Shown one piece after another: positions 24,201 through 38,262 of a DNA stretch of 64,000 bases. Position numbers and translations under genes: made by a program. The DNA comes from Macrostomum lignano (Eukaryota), in the NCBI GenBank assembly GCA_002269645.1, contig NIVC01000353.1:310001-374000 (forward strand), read 5' to 3'. Every line of letters begins with the position of its first letter. Position 1 is the stretch's first letter. Under the pieces are notes generated by a model. The model searched no databases. It had not been told where the DNA came from and saw only the letters and a program-made list of their open reading frames with translations.

Positions 24201-27073
24201 AAATTTCCGCAATGCATATCGCTTACGCGTAAATCCTCACGTTTACGGGTATATGAGACGAGAAAATTGTAGTTTTTTGTAGTCCTGTTCTGACTTCCGT
24301 TTTTACTTTCACCTTGAACTTGAATATTGATTCTGTGTGTACTTACTGACTTTAGACTTTTACTAGCTATCAGCGCCCCCCCCCTCGTTGGGGAGGCAAC
24401 AAAGAATGGAATAATTTCGAATAAACTACATGTAGATTTTGACCTTTTAGCCTTGGCATCCCAGCGATTCCCCCCGTCAGCCTTGACATCTCAGCAATTC
24501 CCCCAGTAAGCCTTGACATATCAGCAATTCCCCCAGTAAGCCTTGACATCTCAGCAATTCCCCCAGTAAGCCTTGACATCTCAGCAATTCCCCCAGTAAG
24601 CCTTGACATCTCAGCAATTCCCCCAGTAAGCCTTGACATCTCAGCAATTCCCCAGTAAGCCTTGACATCTCAGCAATTCCCCCAGTAAGCCTTGACATAT
24701 CAGCAATTCCCCCAGTAAGCCTTGACATCTCAGCAATTCCCCCAGTAAGCCTTGACATCTCAGCAATTCCCCCATCAGCCTTGACATCTCAGCAATTCCC
24801 CCCACCAGCCTTGACATCTCAGCAATTCCCCCCATCAGCCTTGACATCTCAGCGATTCCCCCCATCAGCCTTGACATCTCAGCGATTCCCCCCATCAGCC
24901 TTGACATCTCAGCAATTCCGCTCGTCAGTAAGTTAAGTCTGCACTTGGCCATCATGGCTGTGAATCACACCACAACCCCTCGGCCAGTTTTCGTTCAAGT
25001 AAACTTCCACAGTTAAACTTGAAACTGTTTGCAGATTTGTGCTGCTCTACTCTCTAATCAAGCTGCGCCTGATCCGCGGCAAGTCTCTAATATTTGTCAA
25101 CACCGTGGATCGCGGCTACCGGGTCAAACTATTCCTCGAACAGTTTGCTATTCGTTCTGTTCTACTTAACTCGGAACTGCCCCTAGCAACCAGGTGCCAC
25201 GTTGTGCAACAGTTTAACAAAGGTTTGTACGACATTCTGATAGCGTCGGACCGCAGCTTCTCGGATGGACAAGCTGGCGACGATGGAGACAACGGCAGGC
25301 AGGAAGACGGACCTTCCAAGCAGAAAAAGCGTCGGGTTCGTCAGCAAGGCGACCGTGAGTTTGGCGTGTCGCGCGGTGTTGACTTTCAATTGGTTAGCAA
25401 CGTGATCAACTTCGAGCTGCCAGCGTCCGCTAAGGCCTACGTGCATCGGGTTGGTAGGACTTCTCGGGCTGGTCAGCAGGGCACCGCCCTCTCCTTTGTT
25501 GCCTCGGAGCAGGACTCGGACAAGCTGGCTAAAATCGAAGCGCTAGTTGGTCAGGAATTGCGTCCGTTTCAATTTCGAATGGAAGAGTTGGATGGATTTC
25601 GGTGAGTTTTGTTTTATTCTATATTTTATTAATTCGACTCTACTCACAGTAGCAGTTTGTGGGTTTTCCTACTATTTTAATTTATCTTGAGGTTGGGCAC
25701 TACTAATCTACCTAGGAATCTTCCCGGTTATGGGATTCACATAGTCCTAGATTCATCTGGTCATATATCTATCTGGTCATAGAATCCGGATTGTCATAGA
25801 TCCATCTGGTCATAGAATCCGCATGGTCATAATCAATCTGATTTTTTAATCAACATGATCATAGATCTATCTGGTCATAGTATCCGCATGGTCATAGATC
25901 TATCTGATCATTGAATCAACATGATCATAGATCCATCTGGTCATATAATCCGCTTGGTCATAGATCTATCTGATCATTGAATCAACATGATCATAGATCC
26001 ATCTCGTCATAGTATCCGCATGGTCATAGATCTATCTGATCATTGAATCAACATGATCATAGATCCATCTGGTCATAGAATCCGCATGGTCATAGATCTA
26101 TCTAGTCATAGAATCCGCATTCTCATAGATCTATTTGTTCATAGAATCCACATGGTCATAGATCTATCTGATCATTGAATCCACATGGTCATAGATCTAT
26201 CTGATCATTGAATCCGCATGGTCATAGATCCATCTGGTCATAGAATCCGCATGGTCATAGATCTATCTGATCATTGAATCCGCATGGTCATAGATCCATC
26301 TGGTCATAGAATACGCATGGTCATAGATCTATCTGATCATTGAATCAACATGATCATAGATCCATCTGGTCATAGAATCCGCATGGTCATAGATCTATCT
26401 GGTCATAGTTTTAATCAACATGATCATAGATCCATCTGGTCATAGAACTATCTAGCCATAGTTTTAATCCACGTGGTCACAGATCTATCGGGTCTCTTAA
26501 AACTTGTCTCGCAGCTACCGAGCCCGGGACGCCATGCGTGCCGTGACCAGCGCGGCCGTGCGCGAATCGCGGGTCCGCGAAATCCGACAGGAGCTGCTCA
26601 ACTCGGCCAAACTACGGGCTCATTTTGCCGACAATCCCAGAGATTTGCACCTGCTACGGCACGATAAAGAGCTGCACACTGCCCGAGTGCAGGCACATCT
26701 GCGTCACGTGCCCGAGTACATTGTGCCGGATGCGTTGCGCGATATTGTCACTGGAGGCGGCGGCGGTCATAAAAGGCGCCGTAGGAATCCTAGATTTGGC
26801 GGCGGCGGCGGCGGCGGCGGCGGTGCTGGTAAAGAAACCAAAAGTGGCGGCGCCTCCTCCACTGATAAGGAGATCAAAGGACGCCGCTTCGGAGGCAGCG
26901 GCGGCGCTGGGCCGTCAATTCCAATGACGGCTGATCAGCGTAGAAGGCAGCGTAAGGCGGCGGATCCTTTGTACTCAGCCAGGGCCGCTCTGCAGCTAGG
27001 TCGGCGGGCCGGCGGCAGCGGCGGCGGAGCAAAGCGACATCAAAAGAAAAAGCCGACAAAGTCGAAGGTTTAA
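18235..27073 (+). CDS. DDX56: DEAD-box RNA helicase DDX56/DBP9, 5 exons, 619 aa
   Basis: Exons 18235-18276 ([14 protein letters not shown]), 21284-21445 ([13 protein letters not shown]), 22262-22791 (LAPTKEL, VVDEAD, SAT), 25035-25601 ([22 protein letters not shown]), 26515-27073 ([37 protein letters not shown]56-specific). Total 1860 nt, phases consistent. Confidence 0.95.
21500..22195. repeat. 22-bp intronic minisatellite (DDX56 intron 2)
   Basis: Unit CTTACAGCCTATCCGCCCCAAT, about 30 copies. Confidence 0.95.
22835..23935. repeat. G-rich arrays in DDX56 intron 3 (34-bp, then 23/27-bp)
   Basis: ATGGGATTTCTGTGTGGCTTGCGGGTTTGTAGGG, then ATGGGATTTCAGCAGTGGAAAGGGATC; shared ATGGGATTTC core. 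Confidence 0.93.
24363..24920 (-). mobile_element. Putative non-autonomous Helitron-like 3' end with adjacent 30-bp minisatellite
   Basis: Minus strand: hairpin GCCTCCCCAACGAGGGGGGGGC, then CTAG|T about 12 nt downstream. Array 24465-24920, unit CCTTGACATCTCAGCAATTCCCCCAGTAAG. Homologous terminus at 14392-14470. Confidence 0.5.
25750..26490. repeat. Complex GATC-rich array (DDX56 intron 4)
   Basis: Modules ATCTGGTCATAG, ATAGATCCATC, GAATCCGCATG; core shared with 28880-29160. Confidence 0.9.
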
Positions 27074-27644
27074 TTACTCGTATTTAGAATGATGGAGAGT
27101 TTTTTACTTGGGTCAAATTTCTCTTTAATATTCGCAGCTTGCCTACTTACGAGTAGGTAGATCAGCGTGTCTTAATGGTTTTTTATGTAATAAAATAATA
27201 ACTTTCAATTTATCGCCTTGAAATGTAGCGTTATAGCATTTTAAATGAGTTTAAACTGCACTATTTTATGCTAGGGGTAGTGCTTCGTATTCTTGTTAGT
27301 TGAGCATTTCTGCAAACGATGGCGTTCGTTGCCTTGCACTAGCATATTCTGTTCAATTACGCTTAAGAACTGTAGGTTGATAAAATAAAGAAATTAATTG
27401 GAAAATTGCTGCCAGCATTTACGCGTAATGTGTCAAAAATGTTGGATTAACGAGCGGAAATTTTCTTGTCATCTTAATTTTTTCATTTTCAGCTATTAAA
27501 ACATAGTTCTAACGTTAAGATTCTTTCAGGAGTTTATAACGTCTTTAAAAGGGAACTGTAGGACTAGGGACTTCCAAAAATATGGGTTCTCAGAATTTTC
27601 GATGAGTACGATCCGTATGAATTACTCTACCAAATAGGTGATTC

Positions 27645-28190
27645 CTTTGAATAGAGATTCCCCTGAATAGAGATTCCCCCTAATAGGGATTCCCCCGAAT
27701 AGGGATTCCCCTGAATAGGGATTCCCCGGAATAGGGATTCCCCGAAATAGGGATTCCCCGGAATAGAGATTCCCCCGAATAGGGATTCCCCCGAATAGGG
27801 ATTCCCCCGAATAGGGATTCCCCGGAATAGGGATTCCCCAGAATAGGGATTCCCCAGAATAGGGATTCCCCAGAATAGGGATTCCCCAGAATAGGGATTC
27901 CCCAGAATAGGGATTCCCCAGAATAGGGATTCCCCAGAATAGGGATTCCCCAGAATAGGGATTCCCCAGAATAGGGATTCCCCAGAATAGGGATTCTCCT
28001 GAATAGGGATTCCCCGGAATACGGATTCTCCTGAATAGGGATTCCTGGAATAGTGATTCCCTGAATTCGATTCTCCGGAATAGGTATTTCCGTGAGTATG
28101 GATTCCCCTGAATGTGTATTCCCCTAAATAGGTATTCCCCTGAATGGGGATTCCCTGAATAGGGATTTCTCTGAATAAGGATTCCCTTAA
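27645..28190. repeat. 15-16-bp intergenic minisatellite
   Basis: Unit GAATAGGGATTCCCC(A/C). Confidence 0.93.
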
Positions 28191-28446
28191 GAAGCATATT
28201 AAGTTCAAGATAAACTTATAGGATTCCAGGTTAAGTTAGGAATTTCAGAGTATCGGAGTTGTTTGCCTATGTTAGTTCTAATATAGTATTTTTTATATTT
28301 GTTGCAGTTCACGTAAACACCCCTATTATTATACTACTGCATGCGACTTTTCTACTATATCACAAATACGAGAGACCTTGAAGCACCAAAGAAGGAAGTG
28401 CATTTGTTTTGCTAAGCTAATCAGTGCATTTTAGCAATGCACAGGC

Positions 28447-31400
28447 ATGACTCAAGTAGACCAGCAAATACAGCGGCAAGAAAGTGAAGAAACTACCCAT
28501 ACTACTGCTGCTAGTAATCTAACTAGTAGTAGTAGTAATAGTAGCAATGCGGCCGCATCGGTTGTTGGCCAATTATCGCCAATGGCCTGGTTGGCAACGG
28601 TAGTTGTGGCGGCCATATGCCTACTTGGCCCAGGGCTACTGTTTACTGGCGCTGTTTGCCTCATCTGCTTCGGTGCCGGCTGTCTGCTTCGCCTCGCCCA
28701 GGTCGGTTCCATGCTCGGTTCCGGGTTCGGCGTCGATCATAGCAGCGGAGAGTGTCGACAGAGTCGAGGCATTGGCCGAGTGATTCATTGGTATCGGCAG
28801 GAGCAGTTGAACTATAGACAGCAGGCTATTGAACAGGTGTTTTGAATTCAAAATTTGAATTATGAATTTCAGTTGGTCATTATCTGGTCATAAAGCTTAA
28901 TTTGGTCATGAAAACTCGTGTGATCCTGAAGTATCTAGTCATAGAGTATTTAGTTCGTAGAATGTATCTGCTCATAGGCTAGCTGGTCACCTGGTCATTA
29001 TTATATGGTCATAAAGCATCTGGTCATAGAGCATCTGGTCATAGAGCATCTGGTCATAGAGCATCTGATCATAGAGCATCTGGTCATAGAGCATCTGATC
29101 ATAGAGCATCTGGTCATAGGAGTATCTGGTCACCTGGTCATAGAGCATCTGGTCATAGATTATTGTCACTAGTTATGTCATGTCATTGGTTATCTTGTCA
29201 TAGTGTTTGCATGCTCATATAATCTATGTTTTACATGTTTTACAACCAGGAGCAACAGCGTCGCTCAATCAGCGGTCACGCTCGCATAGACGCATTGTTA
29301 AACGAAATTCTGGATCACGTGATGCGCGACTACGTGGCCGATTGGTATGACGGAGTTAGCGATGATAAATTGCCCCCCGCTGAGATGCGCAAGCTGCTGC
29401 GTCAGCTGATGACTAATATTGCCGCCAGGTGCGCCTCCGCAGCTTGGACCGATTATCTCACTCAGCAGGTAAGATAATAATGGGTTGGTTGAGTTAATTA
29501 GTCAGTTATAAAGTGCCGCAACTCAAGCCAGCAGTCATTCCAATTCATACCCGGAATTCGAGAGTGAGATTAGGAATGTGACAGTGAGATTAGGAATGTG
29601 ACAGTGAGATTAAGAATGTGACATTGAGATTAGGAATGTGATAGTGAGATTAGGAATGTGACATTGAGATTAGGAATGTGACTGTGAGATTAAGAATGTG
29701 ACATTGAGATTAGGAATGTGATAGTGAGATTAGGAATGTGACAGTGAGATTAGGAATGTGACATTGAGATTAGGAATGTGACATTGAGATTTAGGAATGT
29801 GACAGTGAGATTAGGAATGTGACAGTGAGATTAAGAATATGACAGTGAGATTAGGAATGTGATGACAGTGAAATTAGGAATGTGACATTAAGATTAGCAA
29901 TGTGAGAGTGAGATAAAGAAAATGACATTGAGATTAAGAATGTGAGTGAGATTAAGAATATGACAGTGAGATTAGGAATGTGATAGTGATAGTGAGATTA
30001 AGAATGTGAGATAAAATAGGATTAAGTCTGAAATGAGGGAGTGCACGTGACGCCATAAATTGCGAGACTATAAGATTATAATAATCCCAAAATCGATATT
30101 TTCCGCATTCCAGGTTCCAGAAGAGTTCGGCTGTCACATCCGACTGTACCGTCGCAGTCTGGAGCAGTCGCTACGACCTGACGACTTGGAGGCGACCTTC
30201 TTTCGGCTGGAGTGCGACATGGAGGACCGGCGGGACAGTCGCGGCTGCCTGACTGAAGGCCCCGGTCAGGAGGGGTTCCTCCGGGACCTGGCGGACACTG
30301 TGCTGTGTCTGCTGCTGCCCACGCAGGAGTTTCAGGTAGACTGACCCTTCAATATTGGTACTCATTTCGTAGCTAATATGAACCCCGCAGCCTTCATACC
30401 TGAGATGTTATAATCTATCATTCTTGTGTCTCAGTAATTTGTAATGACTCATGATTGTAATGACCCGTGATTGTAATGACTCATGATTGTAATGACCCGT
30501 GATTGTAATGACTCATGATTGTAATGACCCGTGATTGTAATGACCCATGATTGTAATGACCCGTGATTGTAATGACCCGTGATTGTAATGACTCATGATT
30601 GTAATGACTCATGATTGTAATAACTCATGATTGTAATGACTCATGATTGTAATGACTCATGATTGTAATGACTCATGATTGTAATGACTCATGATTGTAA
30701 TGACTCATGATTGTAATGATCCGTGATTGTAATGACTCATGATTGTAATGACCCGTGATTGTAATGACTCATGATTGTAATGACCCGTGATTGTAATGAC
30801 TCATGATTGTAATGACCCGTGATTGTAATGACTCATGATTGTAATGACCCGTGATTGTAATGACTCATGATTGTAATGACTCATGATTGTAATGACTCAT
30901 GATTGTAATGACCCGTGATTGTAATGACTCATGATTGTAATGACCCGTGATTGTAATGACTCATGATTGTAATGACTCATGATTGTAATGACTCATGATT
31001 GTAATGACCCGTGATTGTAATGACTCATGATTGTAATGACTCATGATTGTCATGACTCATGATTGTAATGACCCGTGATTGTAATGACTCATGATTGTAA
31101 TGACTCATGATTGTAATGACTCATGATTGTAATGACTCATGATTGTAATGACTCATGATTGTAATGACTCATGATTGTAATGACTCATGATTGTAATGAC
31201 TCATGATTGTAATGACTCATGATTGTAATGACTCATGATTGTAATGACTCATGATTGTAATGACTCATGATTGTAATGACTCATGATTGTAATGACTCAT
31301 GATTGTAATGACCCGTGATTGTAATGACTCATGATTGTAATGACTCATGATTGTAATGACCCATGATTGTAATGACCCGTGATTGTAATGACTCATGATT

Positions 31401-34400
31401 GTAATGACCCATGATTGTAATGACACGTGATTGTAATGACCCGTGATTGTAATGACTCATAATTATAATGACCCGTGATTGTAATGACGTATAATTTTAA
31501 TGACCCGTGATTGTAATGACCCATGATTGTAATGACCCGTGATTGTAATGACCCATGATTGTAATGACCCGTGATTTTAATGACCCGTGATTGTAATGAC
31601 CCATGATTATAATGACCCGTGATTGTAATGACTCATGATTGTAATGACTCATGATTGTAATGACCCGTGATTGTATTGACTCATGATTGTAATGACCCGT
31701 GATTGTAATGACTCATGATTGTAAAGACTCATGATTGTAATGACCCGTGATTGTAATGACCCGTGATTGTAATGACTCATGATTGTAATGACCCGTGATT
31801 GTAATGACCCGTGATTGTAATGACTCATGATTGTAATGACCCGTGATTGTAATGACCCGTGATTGTAATGACTCATGATTGTAATGATCCGTGATTGTAA
31901 TGACTCATGGTTGTAATGACTCATGGTTGTAGTGACTCATGATTGTAATGACCCGTGATTGTAATGACTATTCTGTGCATGTATTACATGTAGATTTTGT
32001 ATTTAAAAATACATATCGATCTCCCCGCCCCTCGCCTTTCTCTTCAGGCCAGCCCGAGTCGCTCACTGTTAATAGACATAGCAGTGAACTACTTACTGCA
32101 GCCCACTATTGAACTCTTTGCTAGTCCAGATTACGTCAATCAGAACATCATCTGGTTTAGCCGAGAGGACGCATACGCTTATGAATTCCTAATGCAGGCT
32201 GTTCTCACTGCAGAGGTGGACGGAGAGGTTAAAGCTTTGCTAGGTGAGTGAGTTTGCGTGTGTGAGACTATAACTACTATACAATCTTATATAGTATTGT
32301 ATATATGCTTTATAGTAATTAAAAATATAATTATTTATTACACCTGCTCTATTGGGTGAAGGCTGAAGGCTTTGTACGGCTGTTCAGTCCAAGGACTGGG
32401 GGGTCACCACACACACCCTCAATTACCCGAGCCAATGCTGGTACCCATTTTACAGCTGGGTGAACTGAAGCAATGCGGAGTTAAGAGTCTTGCTTAAGGG
32501 CACAAAAATTATTCCGAATTGGTCAAGAATCGAACCCCCAAACTTTCAGACGTGAGTCCGACACTCTAACCAGTGGGCTACAACCCCCCACTAGGCCACA
32601 ACCCCCCCACTAGGCCACAACCCCCCACTAGGCCACAACCCCCCACTAGGCCACAACCCCCCACTAGGCCACAACCCCCCACTAGGCCACAACCCCCCCC
32701 CCCCACTAGGCCACAACCCCCACTAGGCCACAACCCCCCACTAGGCCACAACCCCCCACTAGGCCACAACCCCCCACTAGGCCACAACCCCCACTAGGCC
32801 ACAACCCCCACTAGGCCACAACCCCCACTAGGCCACAACCCCCCCCACTCCCCCACTAGGCCACAACCCCCCCCACTCCCCCACTAGGCCACAACCCCCC
32901 CCACTCCCCCACTAGGCCACAACCCCCCTACTCCCCCACTAACGCCCAACCCCCCCCCACTAGGCTACAACCCCACCACTCCCTCACTAGGCTACAACCC
33001 CCACTCCCCCATTAGGCTTCAACCCCCCCTACTAGGCCACAACCCCCTACTGGGCTACAGCCCTCTACAAGGCTACAACCCCCTACTAGGCCACAGCCCC
33101 CTACAAGGCTACAACCCTCAAAGAAGGTTAGAACTGTGCAGAAGATGCCCACAATACCAGTGTGCCCACCTCTCTCACCTGCCCAGAGTTCGTGAACTCG
33201 GAGATGTCCCGGCTTCGATCTCAAGACGCGGCCACTGGCGGCGGCGGTCTGCCTACCAATCAGCCTACTAAGGCTGACTACCAGACAGATGGCCAGTCTG
33301 GCAGAGACGAACTCAACGGCATCAAGCAGCAGCTGTCAAGTTTAGACTATATTCGAACTAAATGCGAAGAAAGAATTCGAGTTTTACAACCGGCAGCAAA
33401 CCACTTGGACTTGGTCACTCAGACTATTCAGCCGAGTACTTTGACTAAACAAAAATCTGCCAGCAATCTGCATCAATTGCCATTCGACTCAGTGATGAAG
33501 AATAGTTTAGCGTTGAATTATTTCTACGAGTTTTTGGTGACGATCAATGCCGTTCGCTACCTGGACTTCTTCCTCAATATTGAAGGCTTTCGGCTGTCTG
33601 CCGCCTCTATTATGTTTAATTTGTTCGGCCGTACCCAACAGCAGACCGGTTTGTGCTATGATCCCCATTTCTATTCTATGATCCACACTTCTCTGTAATT
33701 CCCATTTCTACTATATAATCCACATTTAACTCTATAATCCCCATTTCTACTCTAAAATCCCCATTTGTACTCTGTAATCCCCATTTCTACTCTATTATCC
33801 CTATTTCTATTCTATAATTCCCATTTCTACTCTGTAATCCCCATTTTCACTCTCTAATCCCCATTTTTACTCTATAATCCCCATTTTTGTAATCCTCATT
33901 GTTACGTTTTAATCTCAGTTTTCAATTTTAACTTAAAGTTTCTGAATTCCTAATTACTCTAAAGTATCCCACGCTTTCAAATCCCATCCTATATTTTCAA
34001 ATCCCATCCTATATTTTCAAATCCCATCCTATATTTTCAAATCCCATCCTATATTTTCAAATCCCATCCTATATTTTCAAATCCCATCCTATATTTTCAA
34101 ATCCCATCCTATATTTTCAAATCCCATCCTATATTTTCAAATCCCATCCCACGCTTTCAAATCCCATTTCACGCTTTCAAATCCCATCCCACGCTTTCAA
34201 ATTCCATCCCACGCTTTCAAATCCCATCCCACGCTTTCAAATCCCATCCCACGCTTTCAAATCCCATCCCACGCTTTCAAATCCCATCCCACGCTTTCAA
34301 ATCCCATCCCACGCTTTCAAATCCCATCCCACGCTTTCAAATTCCATCCCACGCTTTCAAATCCCATCCCACGCTTTCAAATCCCATCCCACGCTTTCAA

Positions 34401-37400
34401 ATTCCATCCCACGCTTTCAAATCCCATCCCACGCTTTCAATTCCCATCCCACGCTTTCAATTCCCATCGCATGCTTTCAAATCCCATCTCGCACTTTTTC
34501 GAATCCCCCGCAGGCAGCGCAGGTCGCGACGCCGCCAGCCTTCGAGCCAGCATATCTGAGCAGGCGGCTTCAATATTCGCCATGTACTTCGACTCGGCCG
34601 GCGGTGGAGGCAGCGGCGGAGGCGGCGGAGCCGGTGGGGCAGATCGACTGCCGCTGCTCAATCCCGGAGTGATTCGTCGGACTCAGCAGTCGATTCAGTC
34701 TGGCCGCGTTGACGAGACCGTGTTCGATGACCTGCGGGCCGAGGTTTGCCGCTCCTGAGATTCACTCCTAACTTCTGAGATTCACTCCTAACTTCTGAAA
34801 TTCACTCCTAACTTCTGAAATTCACTCCTAACTTCTGAGATTCACTCCAAACTTATGAGATTCACACCTAACTTCTGAGATTCACTCCTAACTTTTGAGA
34901 TTCACTCCTAACTTCTGAGATTCACTCCTAACTTCTGAGATTCACTCCTAACTTCTGAGATTCACTCCTAACTTCTGAAATTCCCTCCTAACTTCTGAGA
35001 TTCACTCCAAACTTATGAGATTCACTCCAAACTTATGAGATTCACTCTCTAGCTTACTGAGATTCACTCTCTAGCTTACTGAGATTCACTCTCTAGCTTA
35101 CTGAGATTCATTATCTAGCTTCTGAGATTTACTCTCTAGCTTCCTGAGATTCACTCTCTAGCTTCCTGAGATTCACTCTCTAGCTTCCTGAGATTCATTA
35201 TCTAGCTTCTGAGATTCTCAAATTCTGAGGTTCACTCTCTAGCTCCTGAGATTCACTCAAAAACTCTAAGAGTCTGAGATTCACTCTTAAGCTCCCTGAA
35301 ATTCATTATCTAGCTTTTTAGATTCACTTTCAAGTTCTGTGACTCCCTCCTAAGTTCTGAGATTTACCTTCAAGTTCTGAGATTCACTCTTCAATTCTAA
35401 GATTCACCCAGCTCAAGGCAGCTCAATTTTGCTAGCCCATCCCAAAAATGGCCAGGTACTCCGGGTACTGGAACTGGACCAGTTCTACGGCCGATTCAAG
35501 CAAAGCCAAGGCTACCGCAGTCTCCTAGAGGAGATGGATTTACTGCGCGAAGATACGGTCAGCAGGAATTCTTGTGAAGGCGAAATCGACTCGCCATTGG
35601 CCGATCAAGAGGCTGAAGATGCAGCATCGCCTATGGAAGAGTACGAGGTGCAGTACTCTGCTAAAATTATGCGACACGAACTGATAAAGGTAATTGCTAG
35701 ATGATCTTTTAGTTTTGCTTTTGTGTTTGTAGAGTTGCCTGTTTCTGGTTTTTGTGCCTATTGATGTACTAGGCAACTGTTGGTCTGGTTCACAGATGTT
35801 TAGGATAGATGTACATAGAAGGATAGAAACATTTTCAGCGTAGATAGATAGACATTGAGGGTGGAAAGATAGACCGACATTCAGAGTAGATAGACATTCA
35901 GGGTAGGTAGACATTCATGGTAGGTAGATAGACATTCAGGGTAGATAGACAGACATTCAGGGCAGATAGACAGACATTCAGTGTAGATAGACAGACATTC
36001 AGAGTAGATAGACAGACATTCAGTGTAGATAGACAGACATTCAGTGTAGATAGATAGACATTCTGGGTAGATAGATAGACATTCTGGGTAGATAGATAGA
36101 CATTCTGGGTGGATCGATAGACATTCAGAGCAGATAGACAGACATTCAGGGCAGATAAACAGACATTCAGAGTGGATAGATAGACATTCAGGGTAGATGG
36201 ATAGACATTCTGGGTGGATAGATAGACATTCTGGGTGGATAGATAGACATTCTGGGTGGATAGATAGACATTCTGGGTGGATAGATAGACATTCTGGGTG
36301 GATAGATAGACATTCTGGGTGGATAGATAGACATTCAGGGCAGATAGACAGACATTAAGGGTAGATAGATAGACATTCAGGGCAGATAGACAGACATTCA
36401 TGGTAGATAGATAAACATTCATGGCAGATAGACATCCCGGACAGACTAAGATTAAATCCAGACGGACAGTTGAAACTGTCACTCCAGAGCCACACTGTCC
36501 CGCCCCGCAACCTCCCTAATCCCAGGCTGACGGGGACAAGTACACCAGCTACGTGATTCACGTGTGCAAAGTGTGCGACAGCTCGCACACCTACGAGTGG
36601 GACGTCTACAGGCGCTATTCGGAGTTCGACGAGCTTCGCTCGGCTCTGGTAGAAGCCTGCGAACCGTTGGGCCATTTGCATTTTCCGGCAAAGAATTCGT
36701 TTCGAAACAATATGAATCCGAATTTGATCAGCCAGCGACAGGCAGAGCTGGACCTGTTTTTACAGCAGGCTCTGACCTTCAACTACTCGGCTAGCGAGAG
36801 ATACCTGTGCGCTCGTTCCATGCTTTATAAATTCCTGGCGCCAGGCAGTCTGAGTCCCAGCGCCTTTGCTAGCGGACCCGGCGGCTTTGGCGTCTCCGGC
36901 GCCTTCGGTGGGGCTGGCGGCGGCGCCACTCTGCCGGCGCCACTGAGAATGATGCGCCAGGGCTCGCAGGACATCATTGACGGCGTCAAGCGGAACCTGC
37001 TGCTCAGGGTGGCCAGGCCCGCGGCTGGGGCTGCCGCCTTTGCTCAGGTAGCTGACACAGTAAACACACTGCTAGGACAGATCAACACACTATCTAGACT
37101 ATTGTAATAAACAGATAAAAGTTGACACAATCTAAACCAAAAAATACATAGAAGCAATCTACTAAACATAATCCAACCAAACAAGCGCAAAGCCTAACCC
37201 TGTAAACACAATTCGACCCTATAAACACAACCCGATCCTATAAACACACAACCAGCCTGATAAACACAACCCGGCCTTATAAACGCACAACCCGGCCTTA
37301 TAAACACACAACCCGGCAACACACAACCCTACCCTATAAACACACAACCGGCCTTATAAACACACAACCCTACCCTATAAACACACAATCCTACCCTATA

Positions 37401-38201
37401 AACACACAACCCGGCAACACACAACCCTACCCTATAAACACACAACCGGCCTTATAAACACACAACCCTACCCTATAAACACACAATCCTACCCTATAAA
37501 CGCACAACCCGGCAACACACAACCCTACCCTATAAACATACAACCCTACCCTATAAACACACAACCCTACCCTATAAAGACACAACCCTACCCTATAAAC
37601 ACACAACCCTACCCTATAAACACACAACCCGGCCTTATAAACACAACCACAGAGCGCCTCCACTCTCGGGCAGCTGCCAGAGGAGCTGCGTGCCATCGGT
37701 TCGGATCTGGGCGGCAGCGGCGAGGTCGCCGACCAAGAGAATGTGCCGCTGCGCATCCTCCTACTGGTGATGGACGAGATTTTCGACGTACGCGAACGGA
37801 ACAAACTCATACGGAAAGGCATCACTGCCGTGCTCAGCAAGCTGGTGCGAGCCCTGCTTGGCGACCGGGTCAACAGGAGGATTGTGCAGTTCGCCAGGGT
37901 GCTCACCAGCGCTGACAGGGTGGCCTACTACCTGCAGTCTTTTAGGGACAGCTTCTGGCCGCAGGTGAGCCCGCTGCCCTGTGTGTCTGTCCGTCTGTCT
38001 GTCTGTCTGCCTGTCTGTCCATCTGTCTGACTGTCTGTCTGTCTGTCTGTCTGCCTGTCTGTCCATCTGTCTGTCTGTCTGTCTGACTGTCTGTCTGTCT
38101 GTCTGCCTGTCTGTCCATCTGTCTGTCTGTCCATCTGTCTGTCCATCTGTCTGTCTGTCTGACTGTCTCTGTCTGTCTGTCTGTCTGTCTGCCTGCCTGC
38201 C

Positions 38202-38262
<61 letters not shown>

